This document shows, piece by piece, positions 21,670 through 35,812 of a stretch of 64,000 nt of DNA. Every line of letters begins with the position of its first letter. Position 1 is the first letter of the stretch. The stretch lies in contig JBGAML010000021.1 of the NCBI GenBank assembly GCA_044223005.1, forward strand, positions 1 through 64,000, read 5' to 3'. The stretch is from Candidatus Eiseniibacteriota bacterium (lineage in GTDB: Bacteria; Eisenbacteria; RBG-16-71-46). The notes under the pieces were generated by a model. The model worked only from the letters and a program-made list of their open reading frames with translations. It ran no database searches and was not told the origin of the DNA. The translations under genes and the position numbers were made by a program.

Positions 21670-24030
21670 GTGGACCGGCATTCGTTGCACCTGCTGGAAT
21701 TCGACCGCGTCTGCGGCAGCATCGCCGCGCACGCCGCGAGTGATCGCGCGCGCGCCGATCTGCGCGCGTGGCGCCCCATGCCCGGCGAAGCCGGGCGTGC
21801 GCGCGAGCTCGCGCGCCTGGCGGACGCACTGCGCCGCCAGCGCGAGCCCGGCGAGTGGTGCCGCACGGGCGAAGGCACGCTCGACGAACTGCTCGATCCG
21901 CAGGCGCCCGACGCGCTGGACGGTCTCGGCCTCGTGCGCGTGCGCGGCTGGCTCGAGGCGGCGCGCGACACGCGCGCGGCGTGGGCCGGCGACGAACTCC
22001 GCGAGCGCTTCGTTTCGCTCGCCGAACTCGTGGACGCGCTCCCCGAGCTGGAGGACTTGCGCGAGCGGCTCGCGACGGCGCTCGACGGCGACGGCCGCGT
22101 GCGCGACGACGCTTCGCCGCTGCTGGCGCGTGCGCGCCGCGGCGTGCTGGAGGGCGAGCGGCGCCTGCACGCGCAGCTCGAGCGCTGGGCGGGCGGCTTC
22201 GGCGAAGGCAGCTACGTGACGCGTTTCGGTGACCGCTTCGTCGCGTGCGTGCCGGCGGCGGGCTTCTCGCGCCGGCGCGGCATCGTGCACGACACGTCCA
22301 ACAGCGGGCAGTCGCTGTTCGTGGAACCGCTCGAGGCGTGCGAGGGCAACAACGAGCTGCTCGAACTGCGCGCCGCCGCGTCCGACGAAGAGCGCCGCAT
22401 CGTGCGCGAGTTGATCGCCGACGTGACCGGATCGCGCGAGGCGCTCGAAGCCAGCGAACGCGTGCTCGCGACGCTCGACGGCCTGCGCGCCCGCGCGCGC
22501 TGGGCCGGCGAGGTGGGCGCGATCGCGATCGAGCCCGCGCCGGGGCCGCTCAAGCTCGTGCGCGCCGCGCACCCGCTGCTGATGCTCTCCGAGCGCCGCG
22601 CGCAGGTCGTACCGCTCGATCTCGAGCTCGCGCCCGAAGGCCGCGTGCTGCTCGTCTCGGGCCCCAACATGGGCGGCAAGACCATCGTCTTGAAGACCGT
22701 CGGCCTCGCCGTCGCCATGGCGCACGCGGCGCTGCCGGTCGTGGCCGCCGAGGGCAGCCGCATCCCGCCGATCGACACGATCGTCGTGGACCTGGGCGAC
22801 GAGCAGTCCGTGGACCAGGGGCTCTCGACCTTCGCCGCGCACCTGCGGCGGCTCAAGTCCATGGCCGAGTCCGCGAGCCCCACGGCGCTGCTGCTCGCCG
22901 ACGAGCTCGGCGCCGGCACCGATCCCGAGGAGGGCGCGGCGCTGGGGCGCGCGCTGGTCGAGCATTTCGCGAGCCGCGGTGCGTGGGCCGTGCTGACGAC
23001 GCACCTCGGGAGCCTGAAGCGCGTGGCGAGCGACGTGGCGGGCGTGGTGAACGGCTCGCTCGAGTTCGACCGCGAGACGCTCTCGCCGCGCTACCGCTTC
23101 CTCGCGGGCGTGCCCGGCGCGAGCCACGCGATCACGGTGGCGTCGCAGCTCGGGTTCCCGCCGGAGCTCATCGCGCGCGCCGAGACGCTGGCGCCCGAGG
23201 AGACGCGGGCGCTGGAGAAGCTGCTCGCCGAGGTGGGCGAGGCGCTGCGGCGCACCACCGAGGAGCGCGACGCGCTGGCCAGCGCGCGCGCCGAGGCCGA
23301 GGCGGCCGCGGCGTCGCACCGCGCCGCCGCGGAGGACTCGCGCAAGACGCTCGCCGACCTGCGCCGCCGGCTCACCGCCGAGAGCGACGCGATCCTCGTT
23401 CGCGTGCGCGAGCTGTGGCAGAACGTGCAGCGCGAGGCGCGGCGCGCGGACAAGACGCGCGAGGACGCCGAGCGGCTGCGCGCCGCGACCGAGGCGGCCG
23501 ATCGCGAGCTGCAGGCGCTGCGCTCGCGCGCGAGCGAGGCCGCGGGCGGCGAGCCCGCGACCGCGACGCTGGCGGCGGCGCAGGTCGTGCCGGGCAAGCG
23601 CGTGCGCGTCACCGACCTCGGGATCGAGGCCGAGGTCGCGAGCGTGCCCGACGCCGAAGGCCGCGTGCAGTTGCGGCGCGGCAGCTGGAACATCCAGTCG
23701 CACGTGAGCAAGCTCGCGCCGTCCGAGTCCGCGGCCACGCCGGTCGTGCGCCGCAACGCCGCCACCTACACGCCGGCCGAGGAGACGCCGCGGCTCGAGG
23801 TGGACCTGCGCGGCATGGAGCCCGACGAGGCGCTGCGCGAAGTCGACCAGGCGATGGACCGCGCGCTGCTCGCGGGCTTTTCGGAGCTGCGCATCATTCA
23901 CGGCATCGGCCGCGGCGTGCTCAAGGCCGCGGTCGAGAAGCACCTGCGCGAGCACCCGCAGGTGTCCGGGCGGCGCATGGGCGAGGGGCACGAGGGGGGG
24001 CGCGGCGTGACCGTGGCGACGCTGCGATGA
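21670..24030 (+). CDS. mutS2: Endonuclease MutS2
   Basis: LEFD start, HDTSNSGQSLFVEP, GPNMGGKT, DELGAGTDP, C-terminal Smr (IIHGIGRG). Confidence 0.95.
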   Translation: MDRHSLHLLEFDRVCGSIAAHAASDRARADLRAWRPMPGEAGRARELARLADALRRQREPGEWCRTGEGTLDELLDPQAPDALDGLGLVRVRGWLEAARDTRAAWAGDELRERFVSLAELVDALPELEDLRERLATALDGDGRVRDDASPLLARARRGVLEGERRLHAQLERWAGGFGEGSYVTRFGDRFVACVPAAGFSRRRGIVHDTSNSGQSLFVEPLEACEGNNELLELRAAASDEERRIVRELIADVTGSREALEASERVLATLDGLRARARWAGEVGAIAIEPAPGPLKLVRAAHPLLMLSERRAQVVPLDLELAPEGRVLLVSGPNMGGKTIVLKTVGLAVAMAHAALPVVAAEGSRIPPIDTIVVDLGDEQSVDQGLSTFAAHLRRLKSMAESASPTALLLADELGAGTDPEEGAALGRALVEHFASRGAWAVLTTHLGSLKRVASDVAGVVNGSLEFDRETLSPRYRFLAGVPGASHAITVASQLGFPPELIARAETLAPEETRALEKLLAEVGEALRRTTEERDALASARAEAEAAAASHRAAAEDSRKTLADLRRRLTAESDAILVRVRELWQNVQREARRADKTREDAERLRAATEAADRELQALRSRASEAAGGEPATATLAAAQVVPGKRVRVTDLGIEAEVASVPDAEGRVQLRRGSWNIQSHVSKLAPSESAATPVVRRNAATYTPAEETPRLEVDLRGMEPDEALREVDQAMDRALLAGFSELRIIHGIGRGVLKAAVEKHLREHPQVSGRRMGEGHEGGRGVTVATLR

Positions 24031-25781
24031 GCGCGGGCGGACGGCCCATCGGCGCCCCGCGCGGCTCGGACGACTGGGTCGAGCGCGTGCGTGCGGCGAG
24101 CGACATCGTCGAGATCGTCGGGCAGACCGTGCCGCTGCGGCGTGTGGGCCGGAACTGGATGGGCCTCTGCCCGTTCCACCAGGAGAAGACCGGGTCGTTC
24201 TCGGTCAACGCCGAGCGGCAGTTCTACCACTGCTTCAGCTGCAAGGCCGGAGGCGACGTCTTCAAGTTCGTGATGGAGAGCGAGAAGGTCGGCTTCATCG
24301 AAGCGGTCGAGCTGCTGAGCCGCCGCGCGGGGATTCCCGTGCCCGAGCGCCGCGGGCCGGGCCAGGGCTCGCGCGCGCCGCTGCTCGAAGCGCTCGACGC
24401 CGCGGCGTCCGCGTATGAATCGTGGCTCGGCGATCCCGATGTGGGCGCCGGCGCGCGCGCGTACCTCGAGCGCCGCGGCATCACGCGCGAGACGCGGCGC
24501 GAGTTCCGGCTCGGGTTCGCGCCCGCCGGCTGGGACAACCTCGTGCCCCGGCTGCGCGGCAAGTTTTCCGACGACGTGCTGCTCGAATCGCGCCTCGCCG
24601 GGCGCCGCGACGGCCAGCGCTCGCTCTACGACTGGTTCCGCAACCGCCTCATGGTGCCGCTCGTCGCGCCGGGCGGCGCGGTGTTCGGCTTCGGCGCCCG
24701 CACCATGGGCGACGACAATCCCAAGTACCTGAACTCGCCCGAGTCGGCCGTCTACCACAAGAGCCAGTTCCTGTTCGCGCTCGAGCAGGCGCGCAAGCAC
24801 GTGCGCCCCGAGGGCGAGGTCGTGGTCGTCGAGGGCTACTTCGACGCGATCGCGCTGCACCAGGCCGGCATCCGCCACACGGTCGCGACCTCCGGCACCG
24901 CGCTCACCGCCGACCACGCGCGGCAGCTGCGCCGGCTGGCGCGCGGTGTCGCGCTCACGTTCGACGGCGACGCGGCGGGGCAGGAGGCCATGCTCCGTTC
25001 GCTCGGCGTGCTGCTCGCCGAGGGGCTCGACGTGGTGGTGGTGGACCTGCCCGCGGGCGACGATCCCGACACGCTCGTGCGCCGTGACGGCGCCGAGGGC
25101 TGGGCGCGCGTGCGCGAGGGCGCGTACGACGCGGTCGAGTTCGTGCAACGTCATGTGCTGCGGCGCGGCGGCGGCGGCGACCTGCGCGAGCGCGGGCTGC
25201 AGGCGTTCGTGCGGCTCGCGACCGGAGTCACCGACACGATCCGCGAGCGGCTGCTGGTGGAGCGCGCGAGCCAGGTGTTCGCGCTGCCCGAGGCGGTGAT
25301 CGGCCGCGCGGTGCGGCAGGCGCGCGGGCACGCGCCCGGCACGGGCGGGACCGCCCAGCGGCCCGCGGTGGCGGAGAACGCTCCGCGCCGGCGCGCCGAG
25401 GACCCGCTCGAACGGACCACGCTGCAGGCGCTGCTGCGCGCGCCGGAACCGCTGGCGTGGGCGCGCGGCGAACTGGAGACCACGGCATTCACGGAAGGAC
25501 CGGCACGGGACCTCGCGGACGCGCTCTGGCGTGGCGAGGAGGCGTCGTCGTCGGAAGGACAGGCCGGTGAGCTCGCGCGCGAGCTGCTGGCGTCGGAGAC
25601 GGAGGGATTCGACTGGGACGCCGAGGCGATCGGCGCCGTGAAGAAGATGAAGGTGCGGGTGCTGGAGCGGGAGCGGCGCGATCGCCGTTCCGCGCTGGCG
25701 AGTGCCCGCGGGGACGACGCAAACCGCCTCATGAGCGAGATCGAACGCATTTCGAAGCAGATCCTCGAGCTCAAGCAATAG
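24027..25781 (+). CDS. dnaG: DNA primase
   Basis: CPFH..CFSC zinc finger, KYLNSPE, VEGYFD, DGDxAG, DPD. Confidence 0.96.
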   Translation: MSAGGRPIGAPRGSDDWVERVRAASDIVEIVGQTVPLRRVGRNWMGLCPFHQEKTGSFSVNAERQFYHCFSCKAGGDVFKFVMESEKVGFIEAVELLSRRAGIPVPERRGPGQGSRAPLLEALDAAASAYESWLGDPDVGAGARAYLERRGITRETRREFRLGFAPAGWDNLVPRLRGKFSDDVLLESRLAGRRDGQRSLYDWFRNRLMVPLVAPGGAVFGFGARTMGDDNPKYLNSPESAVYHKSQFLFALEQARKHVRPEGEVVVVEGYFDAIALHQAGIRHTVATSGTALTADHARQLRRLARGVALTFDGDAAGQEAMLRSLGVLLAEGLDVVVVDLPAGDDPDTLVRRDGAEGWARVREGAYDAVEFVQRHVLRRGGGGDLRERGLQAFVRLATGVTDTIRERLLVERASQVFALPEAVIGRAVRQARGHAPGTGGTAQRPAVAENAPRRRAEDPLERTTLQALLRAPEPLAWARGELETTAFTEGPARDLADALWRGEEASSSEGQAGELARELLASETEGFDWDAEAIGAVKKMKVRVLERERRDRRSALASARGDDANRLMSEIERISKQILELKQ

Positions 25782-25795
25782 GGAGAGCCCGATCC

Positions 25796-27595
<1,800 letters not shown>

Positions 27596-27613
27596 GCGCG
27601 GCACGCGAAACGA

Positions 27614-27654
27614 CACGGGCCCGGGGCGCCGACGCGTCCCGGGCCCGGCGTGTT
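27614..27654. terminator. Hairpin between convergent rpoD and the lipoprotein gene
   Basis: CGGGCCCGGG...CCCGGGCCCG inverted repeat. Confidence 0.5.
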
Positions 27655-27667
27655 CGTGGCGCCGCGT

Positions 27668-28315
27668 TCAGGGGATCGTCTGCGTCGGGACGGTGACCGT
27701 GCTGCCCGGCGCGGGGACGTCGATCGTGATCGGGACCATCGCGTGCCCGGGGTGCAGCGCGAGGAAGCTCCAGTGCCCGGGCGCGAGGCCGGCGATCGTC
27801 CAGTGGCCGGCGCTGTCGGTCGTGGCGGAGGTCGGCAGGTTCAGCGCATAGACCGACGTGCCGTCGTGATGGGATGCGCCGGTGATGAGGAGCGTGCCCT
27901 GCGCGACGGAACTCGTGTGGAGGACCAGCCGCACGAGGACGGTGTCGCTGCCCGATGCGGCGCGGATGGGAGAGGCGCTGACGGCCACCGGGACCGGAGG
28001 AGTGCCGGCCGCGACGAGCGCACCGTCGGTCCAGAAGGTGGTCGTGTTCGCGTACGCGGTGAAGCCGGCGACGCCCTGCGCGTTCGTTCCCTGGAATCCG
28101 AGGATGTCGGGATCGGTCTCGATGCCGCTGCTCAGGCAGGTGACCTGGACGCCGGCGGCGGGAGTTCCGAGGCTGTCGGTGACGAGAACACCGACGCTGC
28201 GCGTCGGGGCGCCGGCGGGGATGCGGGGAAGCGACGCGGTCGGGTGCTTGGCACAGCCGGCGAGGATCGCGGCCGCGAGGCCCGTGAGCGCGAGGAGACG
28301 GCGGGATCGGGACAT
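27668..28315 (-). CDS. Lipoprotein with carboxypeptidase-regulatory-like (beta-sandwich) repeats
   Basis: Basic n-region + lipobox LAGC; VTDSLGTPAAGVQV and TTDSAGHWTIAGLAPGHW patterns; AAGGA SD. Confidence 0.72.
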   Translation of the reverse strand: MSRSRRLLALTGLAAAILAGCAKHPTASLPRIPAGAPTRSVGVLVTDSLGTPAAGVQVTCLSSGIETDPDILGFQGTNAQGVAGFTAYANTTTFWTDGALVAAGTPPVPVAVSASPIRAASGSDTVLVRLVLHTSSVAQGTLLITGASHHDGTSVYALNLPTSATTDSAGHWTIAGLAPGHWSFLALHPGHAMVPITIDVPAPGSTVTVPTQTIP

Positions 28316-28403
28316 GGGATGTTCCTTGCGGGTGAGCGTCCGTCGGGGACTCCACCCAGCGTCCCACCGGCGGCCGGAGGGAGCAAGCGGCGGCGCGCCT
28401 CGC

Positions 28404-28433
28404 TTGACGCCCCCGGGGCCGCCCTGCTACAAA
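28404..28433 (+). promoter_or_regulatory. sigma70-type promoter for tRNA-Ile2/tRNA-Val
   Basis: TTGACG-N18-TACAAA with extended TG; same layout as the promoter at 6939. Confidence 0.55.
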
Positions 28434-28471
28434 CGCACGGCCTTCGTCGTGGGGAGTGGGTGTCGGGCGCT

Positions 28472-28545
28472 GGGCCCATAGCTCAGCGGTCCAGAGCCGC
28501 CGGCTCATAACCGGTAAGACCCTGGTTCGAATCCAGGTGGGCCCA
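28472..28545 (+). tRNA. tRNA with CAT anticodon, most likely tRNA-Ile2 (lysidine); CCA not encoded
   Basis: Cloverleaf GGGCCCA/TGGGCCC, anticodon arm GCCGG-CTCATAA-CCGGT; no initiator features; location after rpoD as for ileX. Confidence 0.85.
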
Positions 28546-28578
28546 CGTTCCCGCGTCGCGCAACCCCTCTTACGAGGT

Positions 28579-28654
28579 GGGCGAATAGCTCAGCTGGCAG
28601 AGCACCTGGATCACAACCAGGGGGTCGGGGGTTCAAGTCCCTCTTCGCCCACCA
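28579..28654 (+). tRNA. tRNA-Val(CAC)
   Basis: Cloverleaf GGGCGAA/TTCGCCC, anticodon arm CCTGG-ATCACAA-CCAGG, encoded CCA. Confidence 0.92.
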
Positions 28655-28673
28655 CCTTTCGATTCGGCGCGCC

Positions 28674-29396
28674 GTGACCGACGAATACCGCCACCACTGG
28701 GCCCTGCACGAGATCGACGAGCAGGCGGTGCCGCTCGAAGCCGAGCGCGCGAAGCTGCCCGAAGCCCGGCGCGTGCACGAAGCGAAGCTCGCCGCCGAGA
28801 CGAAGCGCCTCCAGGCGCTCGAGGCGCAGGTGGACCAGTGGGTCAGGCGCCGCCGCGAGCTCGAGCGCGAGGCCGCCACGTTCGAGACGCAGGAGAAGCG
28901 TTTCCGTGCGCAGTTGGACGCCGTCACCGACCAGAAGCAGTTCGAGGCGGTGCAGCACGAGATCGCCACGGTCTCCGGCAAGCGCTCCGCGCTCGAAACG
29001 CAGGTGCTCGAGCTGATGGAGCAGGAGGAGGCCGCGGGCACCCAGCGGCCGGAGCTGCTCGAGGCGCTGGACCGCGTCGCGCGCGAGACCGCCGACGCGC
29101 TGGGCAGGATCGACGCGCGCGACGCGGACCTGGGCGCGAAGCTGGACGCGCTGGCCGCGCAGCGTGCGGAAGCGGCGGCGAAGCTCGACGCGACATCGCG
29201 CACGCGCTATGAGAAGGTGCGCGTTTCGCGCGGTGGACGCGCCGTGTCGGCGATCGTGAAGGGTGCATGCGGCGGCTGCTTCCGCGGCCTGCCGCCGCAC
29301 GTCCTGCAGGAAGCCGGCCGCCGCGAGCGGCTCGTGACCTGCGATGGCTGCGGGCGGTTCCTGCTCATGCCGCCCGAGGACGCCGCCGCGGAGTGA
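28674..29396 (+). CDS. Coiled-coil, C4-type zinc-ribbon protein (CT398/HP0958-like)
   Basis: Long coiled coil then CGGC...CDGCGRFL. Confidence 0.88.
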   Translation: MTDEYRHHWALHEIDEQAVPLEAERAKLPEARRVHEAKLAAETKRLQALEAQVDQWVRRRRELEREAATFETQEKRFRAQLDAVTDQKQFEAVQHEIATVSGKRSALETQVLELMEQEEAAGTQRPELLEALDRVARETADALGRIDARDADLGAKLDALAAQRAEAAAKLDATSRTRYEKVRVSRGGRAVSAIVKGACGGCFRGLPPHVLQEAGRRERLVTCDGCGRFLLMPPEDAAAE

Positions 29397-29400
29397 CGGT

Positions 29401-30810
29401 GTGAGCGAGCGCCGACTCCGCGCCGACCTGCCGTTTCGCCGCATCGCGCTCGTGCTGTCGGGTGGCGGCGCGCTCGGCGCCTACGAGGTCGGCGTGCTGC
29501 GCGTGCTGGAGCAGCTCGCGCTCGCGCCCGCGATGGTGGCGGGCGTCTCGATCGGCGCGATCAACGCGGTGATCTGGCTCGCGCACGGCCGGCGCACCGA
29601 ACCGCTGGAGAAGACGTGGCGCCAGCTGCGCGGCTCCGACGTCGGCCTGCACTGGGTGGCGCTCGCGTTGCGCGCCGCGGGCGCGTTCGGCGCCGTGCTC
29701 GCGGTGCTCGAGATCCTGCTCACCTTGCTCGGCTCGCGCGAGCTCTCGGGCGCGTACTGGATCTGGCGCAAGGCGAGCGCACGCGTGGACCTGTGGTCGA
29801 CGCAGCTCGACATCACCAGCTGGGTGGTGCTCGCGGCGGCCTGCTTCGCGATCGTGTTCGCCTCGCGGCGGCTGGAGGCCTGGCTCACCGGCAGCGCGCC
29901 GATCGGCGAGGGCGCGCGCGGCCGCGCGACGCTGGGCCGCATCGCGCTCGGCGTGACGATCGTGCACGCGGTGGTGTGGGCGATGGGCTGGCCGTGGCCG
30001 CACCGCTTCAGCGCCAGCCTCGTGATCGTGCTCGCGCTCGCGTGGCTCGGCAGCGGCACGGGCGGCGCCGCGCTCTGGCTGCGGCGGTTCGGCTTCAGCC
30101 TGCTGCCCGAGACCGGCGGCCGCGGCCTCTGGGGCGGGCGCTCGCGCCGGCGTGTGCTGGAGAAACTCGTGGCCGAGGGTGACGCGTCGAAGTTGACCGG
30201 CCCGGGCACGGGGCTCGTGATCGGCGCGCTCGCGCTGGATCGCGGGCGCATGAACCACTTCGTGAGCTGGCCCCAGCCCGATCCCCAGTTCGTCCGCCGC
30301 GTCGAGCACGAGCTCGGCGAGGTGACGGTGCTGCGCGATGCGTCCGAGGCGATCGCCGCGGCCGTCGCGTCGTCGGCGATCCCGGGCGTGTTCGAGCCCG
30401 AGCGGATCGACGGCCGCGATTTCGTGGACGGCGGCGGCTTCAGCAACCAGCCGCTGCACGTCGCGATCGCGAACGAATCCGACGCGCTGCTCGTCGTGCT
30501 CCTGACGCCCAGCGTGAGCCCGACGCCCGCGCCACCGCCCACGGATCTCTTCGGGCTCGCGGGCCGGCTGCTCGAGCTCGCCAACTGGCGCGACCTGCAG
30601 ACCGAGCTGCGCTCGCTGCCGCCCGGCTGGAGCGACGGGGATCGGCCACGGCGCGTGTGCGTGATCGAGCCGGACCGCGCGCTGCCCGGCAGTGTGCTCG
30701 GGTTCGATCCCGTGCAGGCGGGCCAGCTGATCGAACTCGGCGAACGCGACGCGTGGACCGCGCTCGAACGCGCGGGCTGGCTCGCGGACGCCCCCACGCC
30801 CGCGCACTGA
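29401..30810 (+). CDS. Patatin-like phospholipase with internal transmembrane insertion
   Basis: LSGGGALG, GVSIG (GxSxG), ASSAIP, DGG; four hydrophobic helices between the Ser and Asp motifs. Confidence 0.85.
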   Translation: MSERRLRADLPFRRIALVLSGGGALGAYEVGVLRVLEQLALAPAMVAGVSIGAINAVIWLAHGRRTEPLEKTWRQLRGSDVGLHWVALALRAAGAFGAVLAVLEILLTLLGSRELSGAYWIWRKASARVDLWSTQLDITSWVVLAAACFAIVFASRRLEAWLTGSAPIGEGARGRATLGRIALGVTIVHAVVWAMGWPWPHRFSASLVIVLALAWLGSGTGGAALWLRRFGFSLLPETGGRGLWGGRSRRRVLEKLVAEGDASKLTGPGTGLVIGALALDRGRMNHFVSWPQPDPQFVRRVEHELGEVTVLRDASEAIAAAVASSAIPGVFEPERIDGRDFVDGGGFSNQPLHVAIANESDALLVVLLTPSVSPTPAPPPTDLFGLAGRLLELANWRDLQTELRSLPPGWSDGDRPRRVCVIEPDRALPGSVLGFDPVQAGQLIELGERDAWTALERAGWLADAPTPAH

Positions 30811-30871
30811 GCCCCGCTGGACGCTGCCCGCGCGCTCGTCTACGGTGGCGGTCCACCCGGAGACATCCTGC

Positions 30872-31282
30872 ATGAGCACGACGTGGACGCTGCGCTGCGA
30901 CGGCGGATCGCGCGGCAACCCCGGACCCGCGGCCTACGGCTTCGTGCTGACGGACGCGAGCGGACGCGAGATCGAAGCGCGTGGCGAGTTCATCGGCACG
31001 GCCACCAACAACGTCGCCGAGTACCGCGCGCTGATCGCGGGCCTCGAGGCCGCGGTCACTCGCGCGGTCCCGGCGCTGGCCGTGGTGATGGACTCCGAAC
31101 TGGTCATCCGGCAGATGACCGGGCAGTACAAGGTGAAGCACGAGGGCTTGAAGCCCCTGAACGCGGAAGCGCGCCGGGTGGCCGCGAAGCTCGCGAGTGT
31201 GACGTACAGCAGCGTACGGCGTGACGACAACAGCCGCGCCGACGGCCTGGTCAACGAAGCACTGGACCGGGCGCTTTCCTGA
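30872..31282 (+). CDS. rnhA: Ribonuclease HI family protein
   Basis: DGGSRGNPGPA, TNNVAEY, DSELV, NSRAD. Confidence 0.92.
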   Translation: MSTTWTLRCDGGSRGNPGPAAYGFVLTDASGREIEARGEFIGTATNNVAEYRALIAGLEAAVTRAVPALAVVMDSELVIRQMTGQYKVKHEGLKPLNAEARRVAAKLASVTYSSVRRDDNSRADGLVNEALDRALS

Positions 31283-31299
31283 AGCATCTTCACGGTAGG

Positions 31300-31713
31300 A
31301 CCGAGTCGCACGGGTGATCGCGCGGCGCGTTCCGAAACCTCCGCGCAAGCGGCGGTGGAGGGCGGGCCGTGAGGAAAGTCCGAACTCCACAGGGCAAGGC
31401 GCTGGGTAACTCCCAGGGGGCGTGAGCCCACGGAAAGTGCAACAGAGAGCAGACCGCCAACGGGCGGCGCGCCTCACGGCGCTGCCGCTGCGGGCAAGGG
31501 TGAAACGGTGAGGTAAGAGCTCACCAGCGGTGGCGGCGACGCCATCGGCTCGGCAAACCCCGCCTGGAGCAAGACCGCATAGAGGGGAAGGAGTGTGTCC
31601 CGCTCCGTCATCACCCCGGGGTCGGTCGCATCGAGGTGGCTGGAGACAGCCATCCCAGTCAAATGATCGCCACGGAGCAATCCGTACAGAATTCGGCTTA
31701 CGGGCGACTCGGT
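31300..31713 (+). ncRNA. rnpB: RNase P RNA, bacterial type A
   Basis: P1 ACCGAGTCGC/GCGACTCGGT; GAGGAAAGTCC, GAAAGTGCAACAGA, GGGTGAAACGG..GGTAAGAGC, GAGCAAG, ACAGAATTCGGCTTA. Confidence 0.96.
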
Positions 31714-31730
31714 GTTTCACTTCGACGTGC

Positions 31731-31757
31731 GCGGCGCGCCTTCGGGCGCGCCGTTCG
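31731..31757 (+). terminator. Hairpin after rnpB
   Basis: GCGGCGCGCC-TTCG-GGCGCGCCGT. Confidence 0.55.
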
Positions 31758-31803
31758 CGTTGCAGTGCGTGCGTCGGTCACGCGCCGCTCTCCCGCGGGA
31801 CGC

Positions 31804-31833
31804 TTGCCGCGCGACGGCCGAGGCCGGTACAGT
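31804..31833 (+). promoter_or_regulatory. Possible sigma70 promoter for recJ
   Basis: TTGCCG-N18-TACAGT. Confidence 0.4.
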
Positions 31834-31875
31834 GGCTCCCTCGCGTCCCACAACCGTGCCCCGACCGGGAGACCC

Positions 31876-33594
31876 ATGGCATCCGCCACCGTTCCATCCA
31901 CCGCCCAGTGGGTGCTGCACCCGCGCCGCTCGCCCGAGCGCGCGGCCGAGCTGGCGCGCGCCCTCGGGGCGCCGATGCCTGTCGCCCATGCGCTGGTGCA
32001 CCGGGGCGTCGACACGCTGGAGAAGGCGCGGCGGTTCCTGGAGCCGGCGCTCGAGGACCTGCACGACCCGCATGAGATGCTGGACCTCGAGCCGGCGGCG
32101 CAGCGGATCCTGAAGGCAGTCGCGGACGGAGAGCGCATTCTCGTCCAGGGCGATTACGACGTCGACGGCATCACCTCGACCTTCCTGCTCCACAGCGTGC
32201 TCGACGAACTGGGCGCGCGCGTCGAGCACCGCATCCCGCACCGCATCCGCGACGGCTACGGCCTGACGCTGGAAGCGGTCGAGTTCGCCGCGCAGCGCGG
32301 CTGCACGCTCATCGTCACGGTCGACTGCGGCATCACCGCGGTCGAGGCGGTCGAGGCGGCGCGCGCGCGCGGGATCGACACGGTCGTCACCGACCACCAC
32401 GAGCCCGCGGCCCACTTGCCCTCGGCGGTGGCGGTCGTGAACCCGCTGCGGCCGGGCTGCCCGTATCCGTTCAAGTCGCTCGCCGGCGTCGGTGTCACGT
32501 TCAAGCTCGTCGAGCGGCTGCTGCAGGGCCGCGGCGGGCTGGACCACGCGCGCAGCTACCTCGACGTGGTCGCGCTCGGCACGATCGCGGACGTCGTCCC
32601 GCTCGTGGGCGAGAACCGCATCCTCGCGCGCGCCGGGCTGGACCAGCTGAACCTCGGGCGCCGGCTCGGCATCCGGGCCCTGATCGACGTGGCCAAGCTG
32701 GGCGGCAAGCGCATCAGCAGCGGGCAGGTCGCGTTCGTGCTCGCGCCGCGCATCAATGCCGCGGGGCGCATGGGCAACGCCGAGCAGGGCCTGCGGCTGC
32801 TCATGGCGCGCGACGAGACCGAGGCGCGCGACTGCGCGGACAGCCTCGAGGAGGACAACGATCGCCGGCGCAAGTTCGACGAGCAGGCGCTGATCGAAGC
32901 GTCGCGCATGGTGGACACCGAGCTCGACTACCCGCGCTGCTGCTCGATCATGCTCTGGTCCGAGAAGTGGCACCCGGGCGTGATCGGGATCGTGGCCTCG
33001 CGGCTGGTCGAGCGCTACCAGCGCCCGACGGTGCTGGTGGCGATCGACGGCGAGCGCGGGCGCGGCTCCGGCCGCAGCCTGCCGGGGCTCGACCTGACGC
33101 GGCTGCTCGACGGCTGCACCGACCTGCTCGCCGCGCACGGCGGCCACGCGTTCGCCGCGGGCCTCACGGTCTCGCGCGAACGGCTGCCCGAACTGCGCGA
33201 GCGCTTCGAGAAGCTGGTGCGCGAGCAGCACCGCCCCGAGCAGTTCGTCTCGCGCGTCGAGGTCGACGCCGACCTGCGCGTGGGCGAGTGCGACGACGAG
33301 CTCGTCTCGTGGCTCGAGCGCATGGCGCCGCACGGGCTGGACAACACGGAGCCGCTCTTCCAGATGCTGGGGGCGCGCGTGGCGCAGGTGACGCGGGTGG
33401 GGCGCGACAAGCACGTGCGCTTCCGCGTCGTCTCGGACGAGGGCGACGTCGAGGCGATCGGCTTCGGCATGGGCGATCTCGCGCCGGCGCTCTCGCGCGC
33501 GGGCCGGGCGGACCTGGTGTTCGCGCCGACGCGCAACGAGTGGAAGGACGAGATGCGCGTCCAGCTCAAGCTCAAGGCCGTGAGGATTCCCTGA
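31876..33594 (+). CDS. recJ: ssDNA exonuclease RecJ
   Basis: GDYDVDG, TVDCG, TDHH, PRINAAGR, GSGRS, GGH.AAG. Confidence 0.97.
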   Translation: MASATVPSTAQWVLHPRRSPERAAELARALGAPMPVAHALVHRGVDTLEKARRFLEPALEDLHDPHEMLDLEPAAQRILKAVADGERILVQGDYDVDGITSTFLLHSVLDELGARVEHRIPHRIRDGYGLTLEAVEFAAQRGCTLIVTVDCGITAVEAVEAARARGIDTVVTDHHEPAAHLPSAVAVVNPLRPGCPYPFKSLAGVGVTFKLVERLLQGRGGLDHARSYLDVVALGTIADVVPLVGENRILARAGLDQLNLGRRLGIRALIDVAKLGGKRISSGQVAFVLAPRINAAGRMGNAEQGLRLLMARDETEARDCADSLEEDNDRRRKFDEQALIEASRMVDTELDYPRCCSIMLWSEKWHPGVIGIVASRLVERYQRPTVLVAIDGERGRGSGRSLPGLDLTRLLDGCTDLLAAHGGHAFAAGLTVSRERLPELRERFEKLVREQHRPEQFVSRVEVDADLRVGECDDELVSWLERMAPHGLDNTEPLFQMLGARVAQVTRVGRDKHVRFRVVSDEGDVEAIGFGMGDLAPALSRAGRADLVFAPTRNEWKDEMRVQLKLKAVRIP

Positions 33595-33616
33595 CGCGGC
33601 CGTTCCCGGAGTCCGC

Positions 33617-35808
<2,192 letters not shown>

Positions 35809-35812
<4 letters not shown>

